Shown here in pieces: positions 1 to 10,865 of a stretch of 64,000 nt of DNA (the first letter of the stretch is position 1; each line of letters opens with the position of its first letter). The stretch covers positions 46,872,001 to 46,936,000 of the forward strand of contig NC_042998.1 of assembly GCF_006345805.1 (NCBI RefSeq), written 5' to 3'. The stretch is from Octopus sinensis (lineage: Eukaryota). The position numbers and the translations under genes are program-made. The notes beneath the pieces were generated by a model. That model worked only from the letters and a program-made list of their open reading frames with translations, had not been told where the DNA came from and searched no databases.

Positions 1-281
1 ATCTAGTAGATTGTTAAACACCATCTAGCAGTCATTAAACAACAATGCCAGTACTTGTATCATTACGCGACGAAAATTGGCGAATAAGAACGTACTCTAT
101 ACACCGTCCAATGACAATACACCTTCTTTACTTTGTGGCTACCCCGAACATAGGGCTACGGCAGCAAGAACGTTCAAGTATGTTTTAGGGTTGTTGAAAC
201 GTTTGAATACTGCAGCTGCAAATCAGGTGCTGCATAGAAATAAATATTTCATCCTATGACATATATATATATATCTAAAAT

Positions 282-362
282 AATATGTGACAATTATTCG
301 GTAGCCAAGATAAAACTCTCTTTTTGAGTTTTATCTTGGCTACCGAATAATTGTCACATATT
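282..362. repeat. Perfect 37-bp inverted repeat (7-nt loop) between (TA)n tracts
   Basis: 282-318 AATATGTGACAATTATTCGGTAGCCAAGATAAAACTC is the exact reverse complement of 326-362. Confidence 0.95.
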
Positions 363-436
363 TTACAGATGAATTTCCTCTATTTACATAATCTTGAGGT
401 CTTTTTCTATCTTTTGTTATCTTACCGTTTTTACCA

Positions 437-470
<34 letters not shown>

Positions 471-1016
471 TATATATTAAACATGTCTGAAGTAAGGAAT
501 CCGGCATACTCCAACTTACGACGTTTCGAGTTACATCTTTACCGACTTAAAGTATTTCTAAATAATTCAATGGGAAAAATAACTCCAGCTTCAATAGAAA
601 TGTATTATTTTTCCTCAGCTTTAGAGAACATATGCAAAAGCATAAAAGTTCTGAGTTCTCCTAAAATAAATACTGACGTGGAAAATCTACTAAATACTCA
701 TCGAAATATGTATAAACCATTTATCAAAATCTTCCTTTGTGTTACGTCGTTTTTCGAGTTAAATAGCGCATCTTTCAGCCAGGTGGTGACCTAAGTTGGG
801 TAGATTTATAGTAAGATTTTTTCTGGTTTTGCTTTAAGGCAAATTTCTTATCACGAGTTAAGGGTTATGAAATCAATTGTAACAATCTTAGTAAATGTCA
901 TAAAAACTTTATTGTCTTATTCTTTCATTCTTGCAACTGTCAATTCTTTTATTCATTTAATAATTTAGTTATTTTCATACTTTTATCCATTTACATCTTT
1001 AATATCTTTAGGCTTA

Positions 1017-1222
1017 AAGGCGGCGAGCTGGCAGAATCGTTAACACGTCGGGAAAAATGCTTAACAGTATTTCGTCAGCCTCTACGTCCTGAGTTCAAAT
1101 TCCGCCGAGGTTGACTTTGCCATTCATCCTTTTCGGGGTCGATTAATTAAGTACCAGTTCCACACTAGGGTCGATGTAATCGACTTAATCCGTTTGTCTG
1201 TCCTTGTTTGTCCCTTCTATAA
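1017..1222 (+). mobile_element. tRNA-derived SINE, family A
   Basis: Head AAGGCGGCGAGCTGGCAGAA (A box), GAGTTCAAATTCC (B box), core GTTGACTTTGCC..TCATCCTTT.CGGGGTCGAT; about 20 related copies in the window. Confidence 0.9.
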
Positions 1223-1499
1223 AGGAATTAATATCTTTAGGTTTTAGTGATATCGAGAGAAAATATTAGTCTTGATAGTACTGTATCAGTTCTCTTTCGA
1301 ATGGATGATTTTCCACCTATCTATCTATCTATCTATGTATGTATGTATGTATGTATGTATGTATGTATGTATGTATTGTGTGGATGCGTGTGCGTGCATG
1401 TATACACACACTCATATATATATATTTGTGTGTGTGTGTAACTCTAATGTACACTGTATTAAAATAAAAGACACTAATAATTTCTTGCTATTAAGATAC

Positions 1500-3200
1500 A
1501 TAATTAAGAAGATTTCTGTTGAAAATCAGGACGCTGGTACATGAGAAAAACGAGAAGAAGGTTGATGCAATGAGTGGAATAAGAAGACAAAGCGTGAATA
1601 AAAGCGAAAAAAGAAAGGGAAAGGAAGAAAAATTAGAGTTACGTCCCCTTTGATTGTAGAAGTCATAATCAAACTAGTTGTTATAGAATACTTCATCGGA
1701 GAGGTATCCAAACTCAGTGAGATAACTGCTCAATCTGGAGAAGGTGGTGTTCTCCAGTTCGCGAAAAGAACTGGAATTAAGTAGTGTGGTGGAATTCTTG
1801 GATCTTATTTCTTTACTGCCCACAAGGGGCTACACACAGAGGGGGTAAAAAAGGACTGACAAACGGATTAAGTCGATTAGATCGACCCCAGTGCGTAACT
1901 GGTACTTAATTTATCGACCCCGAAAGGATGTAAGGCAAAGTCGACCTCGGCGGAATTTGAACTCAGAACGCAGCGGCAGACGAAATACCGCTAAGTATTT
2001 CGCCCGGCGTGCTAACGTTTCTGCCAGCTCACCGCCATTCTTGGATCTAAAAGGAATTCTTGAATCTAAAAGGAATATGCATTCCTTCATCTACGCATAA
2101 TTTACATTTCATAACTCCATTTACACTTGGCATGGATTTCCCCACGCTTCTTCACTTGATTGTATGCGGTGTGCAGTTTATCTTCAAAGACCATACGTAG
2201 CTAACCAATTTAGTGACTTTACTTTTATCGATTTCCTGGAAAGAAGACTCGTGGTTTGTATAACCTGTTTTAAGATTGTTTTTGCATAAACCGATGTAAT
2301 TTTTCTTTTCAGTTCCGTGATCTTGAAGTGTTGCTGTAATTTCTGTCTCAGAGACGACAGAGTTTATTACACACACCTGGTGAAGAAGGCAAGCTGCAGG
2401 GTTTCGACAGTTACACCTGGGTGTGGGTTCTTGGTGTGGGTTATGAGTGATGATATTCGGCATATTGGGGCAGTAGCTATATGATATCTTAAAGAGCGTC
2501 TATTAAAATCTTCCTGAATTTATCGCCTACTGCGAAATGCTTATCTAGAAGAGCCAGGAAGTTTTGTTTACGTTAGTTGTAATATTTAGAGAGAAAGGGG
2601 GTGGCGAAACATAGTATTTTCCGATGTCTATTTTTAGGTTTATTTCTAGATTTCAAAATTTGTAATTGAAGAGCTGTAATATATCCTATTTTTGAAGCCG
2701 CTGTTAGAGGACTCTTATAGTAAGTAGCTCACTTATGAAATATTTATTTTGAAGACGAGTTATATTACATATCCTATCACTGATCTTAGCTATCATGTTT
2801 TTAAACACTCTATACACCGTTTGTGTATATGAGAATTTCTCGTTTATGGTAGGGTTTATAAGAGCGTGAGTTTGGGTTTAGGGAAGAAATTGACTTTGGA
2901 GAGGTTAGTAGTAACATTGATTTTGAGAAACCAGTGAATTAAAGGTATAAGCAAGTTTTTCCTAACTTTATCAAGAGTATGATATTCACCGCCATGAGTT
3001 TATTCCCAATCCATCGTCTCGGTATAGGCCAATATTGTAGGATGGGAACGTAACTGCACACCCCTTACAATCAATTGAAGAATCATGAAAAAATCCATGC
3101 TATATGTAAATGGATCTAAGAAATGCAAAAAAAAATCGCCCTGAAGCGAACACAAGGGAGGCAGGCAAAAGATTTGCAGCTTACGAATACTACGTACCCG
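1500..3200 (-). mobile_element. Decayed Penelope-like element: RT, thumb and GIY-YIG endonuclease, with stops and frameshifts
   Basis: Minus strand reads NIGLYRDDGLGI (~3007-3040), RHRKILCF..PFSLNITTNV..LLDKHF..KFRKI..SYSYCPNMPNIITHN and CNCRN...KKNYIGLCKNNLKTGYTNHESSF..VWSLK (ORF 2152-2463), all typical of Penelope-group proteins; interrupted by a SINE at 1806-2036. Confidence 0.85.
1806..2036 (-). mobile_element. SINE family A with 12-bp target-site duplication
   Basis: Full head-core-tail copy flanked by ATTCTTGGATCT at 1794-1805 and 2037-2048. Confidence 0.92.
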
Positions 3201-3481
3201 AGTCACCACCGAAACGATATCGTAATCTCTAGTCTAAAGTATATACAGTTAGTTTATAAATATTTTGCTGATTAGCAATAATATTGTGTAAGTAGAATGC
3301 ATGGCACTGATAAGCTGCATCTTCGGTGAAATACGCATCTAACGCACTTCGTATCGCTTCTGCGTTGATTTCATTTGGCGTAACTCTAACGTATACAGTG
3401 TTAGTTCAAATTCGACCGTACAAATATCTAGGAGTGGACGAAACAGCTAAAATACAACACAGAAAGGAAAAAGAAAATTAG

Positions 3482-3750
3482 GAGAGAATATTACAGAAGA
3501 GTTATGCTAATATTGAACATTGAACTTAATGCTGAAAATAAGATAATAGGGATAAATATGCTAGCCATACCAATCATAAATTACAGGTTTAACCTAATAA
3601 ACTGGAAAATCAGTGAATTGAGAAATCTAGATAGAACAAAAAACTACTGAGAGCGTACCGAAGTCACCACCCCAAAGCAGACACAGACAGAATATATCAA
3701 CCCCGCTCAAAAGGAGACCGTGACCTGATACAGATACAGAACTACTATAT
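3482..3750 (+). mobile_element. R4/Dong-type non-LTR retrotransposon RT C-terminal fragment
   Basis: RREYYRRVMLILNIELNAENKIIGINMLAIPIINYRFNLINWKISELRNLDRT, then after a frameshift HHPKADTDRIYQPRSKGDRDLIQIQ. Confidence 0.75.
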
Positions 3751-3809
3751 ATATACACATATTTACAAACACATGTATGTATACTTTGTGTATGTATACT
3801 TTCACGTAT

Positions 3810-3842
<33 letters not shown>

Positions 3843-4694
3843 GTGTGTGTGTGTGTGTGTGTTGTATGTGAGTGCTCGTGTGGGTGTTTACAATCACGCA
3901 TCCTTTAAACATACACCTACAACTCAATCACACGTACACGCACGTACTCACGCACAAACATGCAAGCGACGTCCTTCCTCGCGGTTTCCGTTTCTGTTGC
4001 AGGCACATGTTGTAGGTGTCGCACAGTCGAATTGGACCCGGAAGTAAATGCTTATGAAGCAAACATCACAACCACGCGACGACGCCTACTCTCATGAATC
4101 ATTTGCAAGAGCTTCTAAAGGAAGAAATAGACAAGGCTGGAAGCTGGTTATCACCGCTTACACTGTGTGCATAATTAATTCATGTAAACATTGATAAACA
4201 TATACACACACACACATACACACACAACACACAGACCTATACCCCACACAAAATCACACGCACGCACGCACACACATAAATCTTTTAGCATTTACATATA
4301 TCCATCATTAGATTGCAGCGATGCTGGGGCACTACTTTGAAGGTACAATCGAATAAACCGATCACAGTTCTTTCTTTAAACCTGGTTCTTATTCTAACGA
4401 CCTCTTTGGTCGAACAACTAAGTTTCGGGTACATAAACCACTCTTTTACAACATGGTCGTGCCTCCATTTCTTATATTCTTCCTGTGCCAATCCGTTTGG
4501 AGCATTCTGTCACAATGTGTGTTACGGTCTCGTTCCAAGTTCCGCTGGTGATGGTGGGAAAATCGTATGCATATCGTATACAAACACAGACACACACACA
4601 TACATTCAAACGCGCATATATATATACGATGGGCTCATGTCTACTAATTCATTCTCAAAACATTGGTCACGCCGCAGCTATATTGTTTTCTACT

Positions 4695-4872
4695 CTAGGT
4701 GGGGTGGGGGCAGTCGATTAGATGGAAGCCAGTACGCAACTGGTACTTGATTTATCGACCCCGAAAGGATGAAAGGCATAGTCGACCTCGGCAGAATTTG
4801 AGCTCAGAACATAAAGACAAACGAAATATCGCTAAACATTTTGCCCGGAGTGCTAACGTATCTGCAAGCTCG
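4695..4872 (-). mobile_element. SINE family A, decayed
   Basis: Reverse complement of the family A head and core. Confidence 0.85.
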
Positions 4873-4914
4873 GGCCACAGCTTATGGAGAGTTCTTTTCC
4901 ATGTATGATATTAT

Positions 4915-4970
<56 letters not shown>

Positions 4971-4972
<2 letters not shown>

Positions 4973-5530
4973 CAAAGTGGAGTTGTAGGGTACCGCACGA
5001 GTGGAATTATATACGAAAGAAGGTTTGAAAATGCAATTTAAAAGATGTTTATTTACTTTACCGGTTTCACTCTTTGGAAAAAAGATTGTCGAAAGTAACA
5101 TGTAGAAGTTTGGTTGCGTTAATTATCGGTTGTTACAAATTGCTACATTACATATATACAGTCTTTGGTAACAAGGACATTAAGGACATAAAAAAGTTTA
5201 ACAAGTTCCTTAAAATATTGGGCACAAAAGATTACTACATAAATAATAATTCTCAAGAACATGCTTAAGATAGTTTCCAGAAAGAATTATTAAAAAGTTC
5301 AGTGGGATACTGGTATTGGTATTGTATCTGTATATTCAAACATATTTATATACATATTTTTTGGATATTTTGGGGGTTATTTTGTTGGTTGAGGCGGTTA
5401 TTTTTATACTCTTATAGGTATATTTTTTCATCTTCTGATTTGCATTACTTTTCCAATTGTATTACAAATAAAACAAACCAAGCTTCTTTTTAATTCTTCC
5501 TCTCCATTTTCTTTTATGGAATTTTAATTT
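4971..5530 (-). mobile_element. Penelope-like 3' end and pseudo-LTR fragment
   Basis: Degenerate GIY-YIG C-terminal-like translation (CKSEDEKIYL..NNRLNQQN) followed by an HHR-like motif; ends in (TA)n. Confidence 0.5.
5053..5098 (-). ncRNA. Minimal type I hammerhead-like motif, non-canonical core UCGACAA
   Basis: Stem I TTACTT/AAGTAA, stem II region TCTTT..AAAGA, GAAA, palindromic stem III ACCGGT, GUA site. Confidence 0.5.
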
Positions 5531-5706
5531 TATGAGACTGTTTATACACTCTTATATATATACTGATGATCTTCCTATCAATATATATATTTGGTTAAAC
5601 CCAGTTGGCATCTGGATTGGCACCCCTTGCGTAAAATTGCTTCCTCAAATTCTGTCTCTCTCTTCTCTGTATATATATATAATAATATATTATATATATA
5701 TATATT

Positions 5707-5738
<32 letters not shown>

Positions 5739-5981
5739 CAAAGTAGATGTAGCGGTTTTTAAATCAAAGCTGAACCTACTCACGGCAAGAGGTGCAAATG
5801 AGAGTAGCTGTATCAAACTCCATTCTTCACCAAGTGCCACATATTAGACGAGGTTCGTCGTAATAACAGTGTAGCACAAAACGGCGGTGCGTCAGCATGG
5901 CCGCAGCTCTGAGCTGAAACTAGAAAAAAAAAGCTTTATGTGTGTGTGTGTGTGTGTGTGTGTCTTTGTGTCTGGGATATG

Positions 5982-6081
5982 NNNNNNNNNNNNNNNNNNN
6001 NNNNNNNNNNNNNNNNNNNNNNNNNNNNNNNNNNNNNNNNNNNNNNNNNNNNNNNNNNNNNNNNNNNNNNNNNNNNNNNNN
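5982..6081. other. Assembly gap (100 N)
   Basis: Run of n. Confidence 1.
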
Positions 6082-6113
6082 GAGCAAAAAATGGAAGAAC
6101 AGTATATAGTGGT

Positions 6114-6244
6114 GAAGAAGAAGAAGAAGAAGAAGAAGAAGAAGAAGAAGAAGAAGAAGAAGAAGAAGAAGAAGAAGAAGAAGAAGAAGAAGAAGAAGAA
6201 GAAGAAGAAGAAGAAGAAGAAGAAGAAGAAGAAGAAGAAGAAGA
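6114..6244 (+). repeat. (GAA)n microsatellite
   Basis: Uninterrupted GAA run; source of the poly-K/E/S/F ORFs. Confidence 0.98.
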
Positions 6245-6249
6245 AAAGT

Positions 6250-7043
6250 AACACAGACTCATCACCAAAATGTTCTAGGAAGAAAAGAAAAGCAAGTGGA
6301 GAGGAGACGTAGAGTTGGAAACAAGAAAAAACGAAAAAGCAGAGAAAAAATGTGACAAAGTCGAGGAGGGAACGCAGAGAACGTTACCATCATCTATCAA
6401 GGAGGAGAAAGTGCAGAAGAAAAAGGAAAATGAAGAGAGAATGAGAGACATACAGAGATAGGAATACCAGTAACAGTAGAAGAGATTGGTGAACGAAAAC
6501 AGAGAGTGGCATCAAAAGGGAAAAATATAAGAACTATGATACAAAAACCAAAAAATGTAGAGATAGAAAAAATGATTGCAAAGATGAAGAACGTAATTAG
6601 AGTTAAATTGGTACCCTCAGAGTACAATGAAGGTATGAAAGCTGTTCTGTTGGAAAGAGAAAGAGAGAGATTGAAGGAATTGTTTGGGGAAAAGTTAGAG
6701 GTGACAATGGTACAGATTCGTTACGATGAGTTGCCGCCGGTGGTGTCATTCGAAGATTTATTGAATTATATGATGTAAATAGTGAATATTTTAGAGAAAA
6801 AAACAAACAAGGAAAAAGGAAAAACCAACTGATGCAAGACTGTTGGTAAAACTTTGTTTAAAAACAGTAAAAATGAAACTGCCTGCTTATGGGGGTGGTG
6901 GCAGGTTAAGTCATTCCATCCTCATTTTTCATTGTCTCCATAATTTCATTCAATATGTGTTTATCATGTGCCCCATTATATTGTTTTGTCTGTTTTTGCG
7001 TTGTCCCATCTTTATAGAGGCCTTGTTCCTGATAAAAGAAATC
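6250..7043 (+). mobile_element. Putative non-autonomous LINE derivative (ORF1-like remnant plus LINE-like 3' UTR)
   Basis: Purine-rich K/E-coding region (ORF 6506-6778), then a T-rich 3' UTR ending TTGTCCCATC..GATAAAAGAAATC, similar to the Tx1 3' end. Confidence 0.4.
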
Positions 7044-7049
7044 AGGACG

Positions 7050-7904
7050 TTGGTGTTGCCTTTGCGGAGGTTTGTGTCACAGGCGGTTTGAGTTGTTCTT
7101 TTGTCATGTTAGACTTAAGTGATAGTGTTAAATATTTGTTTGATTGATTGTTACTGTTCAACTTGTTACTAGTATTATTTTGAATTGTTGTTTTTACCAT
7201 TGTGGAAAAATGGAGAAAACGCCAGCAGGTGGCCACAGTTATGGGGCTGCAACTGTTGCTGGAAAGAAACGGAAATACACTGAAGTTAACGCTGCTTGTG
7301 GAACTAACAACCAATGTAATGAAAATAACGGTGGTATATAAGACAATGAAGATAGCGACAAGGAAAATAGAAATAGCGATAATAGAGGCTATTGAACTAT
7401 GTTTGATGAATATAAAAAGACTAACCACATTTATAACAAGAGGGAGAAAGTACGCTACTGTGGAGGTGCATTTTGCATCAGAAGAGGATGCAATTAAGCA
7501 CTCTACGGAGGCAATAAGATCAGAAGAATGGGTACTTTTACCATCGTACTGTGGCAAACATGTGGCCAGGGTGCGAGTTGGCAAAGTGCCCCTAGAGCTG
7601 AAAGAAGCATGGCAGATGACAGCCATAATGTATGACATGAATAAGGTGGCCAAGATACTGAAGGCCACAAGAACTCAAAGAGTTAACTCCTGGGGATATG
7701 GAATAGAGTTTATGATAAGAACGATTGTAAATAGTTTATGTAAACGTTCAAATGATACTGCATGGGATTGGGGCCCATGCAACCATTTCATTTTTCATTT
7801 TTATGTAACAACTCATTTTCATTCGTTTTATGTTTTTGTCCCCACTGTCTGTCATTGTATTGTCCCCTCTGTGTTGTGACTGTAGTGCCAAAATAAAGAA
7901 ACAT
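7050..7904 (+). mobile_element. Putative non-autonomous Tx1-related element (ORF1-like, RRM-like remnant)
   Basis: ORF 7202-7879 contains YATVEVHFASEEDA..LLPSYCGKHVARVRVGKVP; 3' end TGTCTGTCATTGTATTGTCCCCTCTGTGTT..AATAAAGAAACA matches the Tx1 and SINE-A tails. Confidence 0.45.
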
Positions 7905-8040
7905 TGGCGGAGGTTTGCACTCTCTGAGCACTCTTGTTGTTGTTGCTGCTGTTGTTGTTGTTATTATTATTATTATTATTATTATACCAGTCTACCAGTC
8001 TGATACGGGTACACCAGGAACATGCATCTGTTGGTTTTCC

Positions 8041-8101
<61 letters not shown>

Positions 8102-8106
8102 GAAAC

Positions 8107-8137
<31 letters not shown>

Positions 8138-8690
8138 CCTGATGCAGTACCAGGCAGTGGCTCTCATGGCTTCTGATCTTAACTGACTGGAAGTGTTATC
8201 ATGTACATTGTTTTGTCTTGGTATAAAAGATGGGCTACAGCAAATATTCTGCTCAATACCACAGGTTTGCTTGTCAGTTGTTTGACCTTAACCAGTTGAG
8301 CATGTCCCTTAGTGGCTGACGATATGTGCATCTCTGATCACGAGCAGAAGTAGTGGGGGAGCATCATGGCCATGTGTTGAGAGGGATTCTTTGGGGTTTG
8401 AATGGTTCACCTCTGGAAACATAGGTGTTTCGCTCAACATCCTAAAGCAACCCTTATTCAGGGACCGTTTGAGCAGGATGGGCTACTCAACCTGAAGAAA
8501 ATTCTAACTGGGCCCCACCTGCAAGGTCATGTGTTGTTTATCTTGATATGAGATCACCATGTCGCGCACATATGATTGTGATGCATGTGCCTGGTGTACC
8601 TTTATCAGACGGGTAGTCATGATGGGTATATTGGGCTTCGTATATTTTACCCCAGTGTCACTTTGATGGCATGAACTGCTCTCTCACTCA
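8138..8690. mobile_element. ~550-bp non-coding element flanked on both sides by (AAT)n
   Basis: Sharp boundaries against AAT tracts; an inverted ~40-bp piece of it lies at 7985-8025, also within (ATT)n. Confidence 0.55.
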
Positions 8691-8708
8691 ATAATAATAA
8701 TAATAATA

Positions 8709-9267
8709 GATGGACAAGAAACAATAAATCATATTATCTCTAGCTGCCCAGTCCTGGCTAAGAAGGAATATATTCACAGACATGACAGAGTTGGAACCTA
8801 CATACATTGGAAGCTATGCCAACATTATGGAATAACAACAAAAAAAGATGGTATGCACACTCCAGAAAAGGTCACAGAAAACGAGAAAGCAACCATACTC
8901 TGGGATATGCCGATACACACAGATAGAGAAATTAAGGCCAACAGACCAGATATAGTTGTCAGAGATCATGAAGAAAAAAAATGCTTTCTAATTGATGTAT
9001 CAATACCGGCAGATGACAACGTGTCTCTAAAAGAAATGGAGAAACTCTCAAAATACAAAGACCTGGAAATAGAGGTAACTAGAATGTGGAATCTGAAAAC
9101 AGAAACAATTCCTATCATAGTAGGTGCATTAGGCATGATAAAAAATATTCAGACAAATACATAACAAAAACACCAGGACTTACAAACACATATAACATAC
9201 AGAAAATTGCACTACTAGGCACTGCACACATCCTACGCTTTCCATACAATAACCATCAGAGCATCAC
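8709..9267 (+). mobile_element. R4/Dong-type retrotransposon 3' fragment: zinc knuckle and restriction-like endonuclease
   Basis: ETINHIISSCPVLAKKEYIHRHD..ILWDMPIHTDREIKANRPDIVV..CFLIDVSIPADDN..EKLSKYKDLEIEV (ORF 8853-9164); frameshift near 9140. Confidence 0.9.
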
Positions 9268-9668
9268 ATAGAAATCAGCAAAATGTGGAAGCTGAAGACC
9301 AAAACAATACCTGTTGTCATAGGTGCCCTGGGAATGATAGCAAAAGGGGCTGATAGCTACCTAACTCAGATACCAGGAAACCCCAAAATGGCAGAAGTTC
9401 AAAAGATAGTGCTCATGGGAACTGCTCATATCCTACGCAAAATACTCTCTATGTAACCTCATGGTTTAAAACACCATAATTTTCGGTTTAAAAAAAAAAA
9501 AAAAAAACTTTTTTTTTTTAGACATTCATTAGTACAACATCCCCACCCCCCAAATATATGGCACACTAGGCATAACAACAACATGAACTTCCAACCCTGT
9601 TGTCTCTTGAGGTCTCTGGGTGAGACTTGGAGCCAACTTGTACAAATATAAAGCAAAAGTCAAACATA

Positions 9669-9671
<3 letters not shown>
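9268..9671 (+). mobile_element. Second, divergent R4/Dong-type 3' end with 3' UTR and (AAT)n(AAG)n tail
   Basis: IEISKMWKLKTKTIPVVIGALGMIAKGADSYLTQIPGNPKMAEVQKIVLMGTAHILRKILSM* (stop 9454-9456). Confidence 0.85.
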
Positions 9672-9741
<70 letters not shown>

Positions 9742-10636
9742 AACGTGTTATTCATTATCAATATAATCATAGGATTCCCGAAGCTCAGAAATACATACTA
9801 ACAAATCTAAAAAGGAAAGGAAAAGGATAGTATTAACATGTATTCACATTTTAGACAATAATATCTGGTGTCAGAGTATTGATGTAAAAGTTCAGCTAGG
9901 TAAGCTAGTATGAAAGTCATTGTTTTCTGTCTAGTCTGTCCTTTTATAAGAGCAGTGGTAGACAGGTTAAAACTATTGATCAATTCCAGACATTGGCACC
10001 AGCCTGTGATTCAATAAAGACATTAAAATGTCCTTACCGAAACGAAAACAAAACGAAAACGACGAAAGAAATAAAAGGTTGGGGGTTGGGGTAAAGAATA
10101 AGGATAAAAAGCAATAGAATCTTTTCCAATTTAACAAAGGAGTATCTTCCAGAAACAATTCTTTAAATGGGGCTGGATTACCGTGTACAGATAGGTTTCA
10201 TATATTCCCACGGATTTGATGCCATTGTCAGTTTAGCGTCTGTTTTCTTCTTTATGCTTAAGACGTCGCCAGAGATGAAACATCTAACTATTGCTCTTCT
10301 GAATTTGAGTGTATAGATTTATTAGCAGGTTGCTTTAAAGATGTTTGTCATTCTACATTTATGGTACAATGTACAGACGATATTGAAGAGCGACGTAGAG
10401 TAGTTTTGTACAATATAAGGTGTCTGAAGCTGTCCTCTTATTATATTCACCACTGCGTCTGACGTTTACGTTCAAAGGATATCGATGACGACGAAAAAGA
10501 CACATACACACAGAGAAACACCCAAATGTAACAGCACACATGCAGACAAGCGTGTAAAGATGTATATACATATACAGCTACACACAGAAGTTATAAGAGA
10601 ATTACTGTTTCGCGTTTAAACAATGATATTAATAAG

Positions 10637-10865
<229 letters not shown>

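Noticed and set aside
480-1010. ORF 483-794 and two CGAAA motifs on the minus strand as PLE/HHR
   Set aside because: No coherent stems around the motifs and no recognisable protein motif
5887-6312. Poly-K/E/S/F ORFs
   Set aside because: They derive from (GAA)n next to an assembly gap
8138-8690. HDV-like ribozyme in the AAT-flanked element
   Set aside because: I could not assemble consistent P1-P4 and P1.1 pairings by eye
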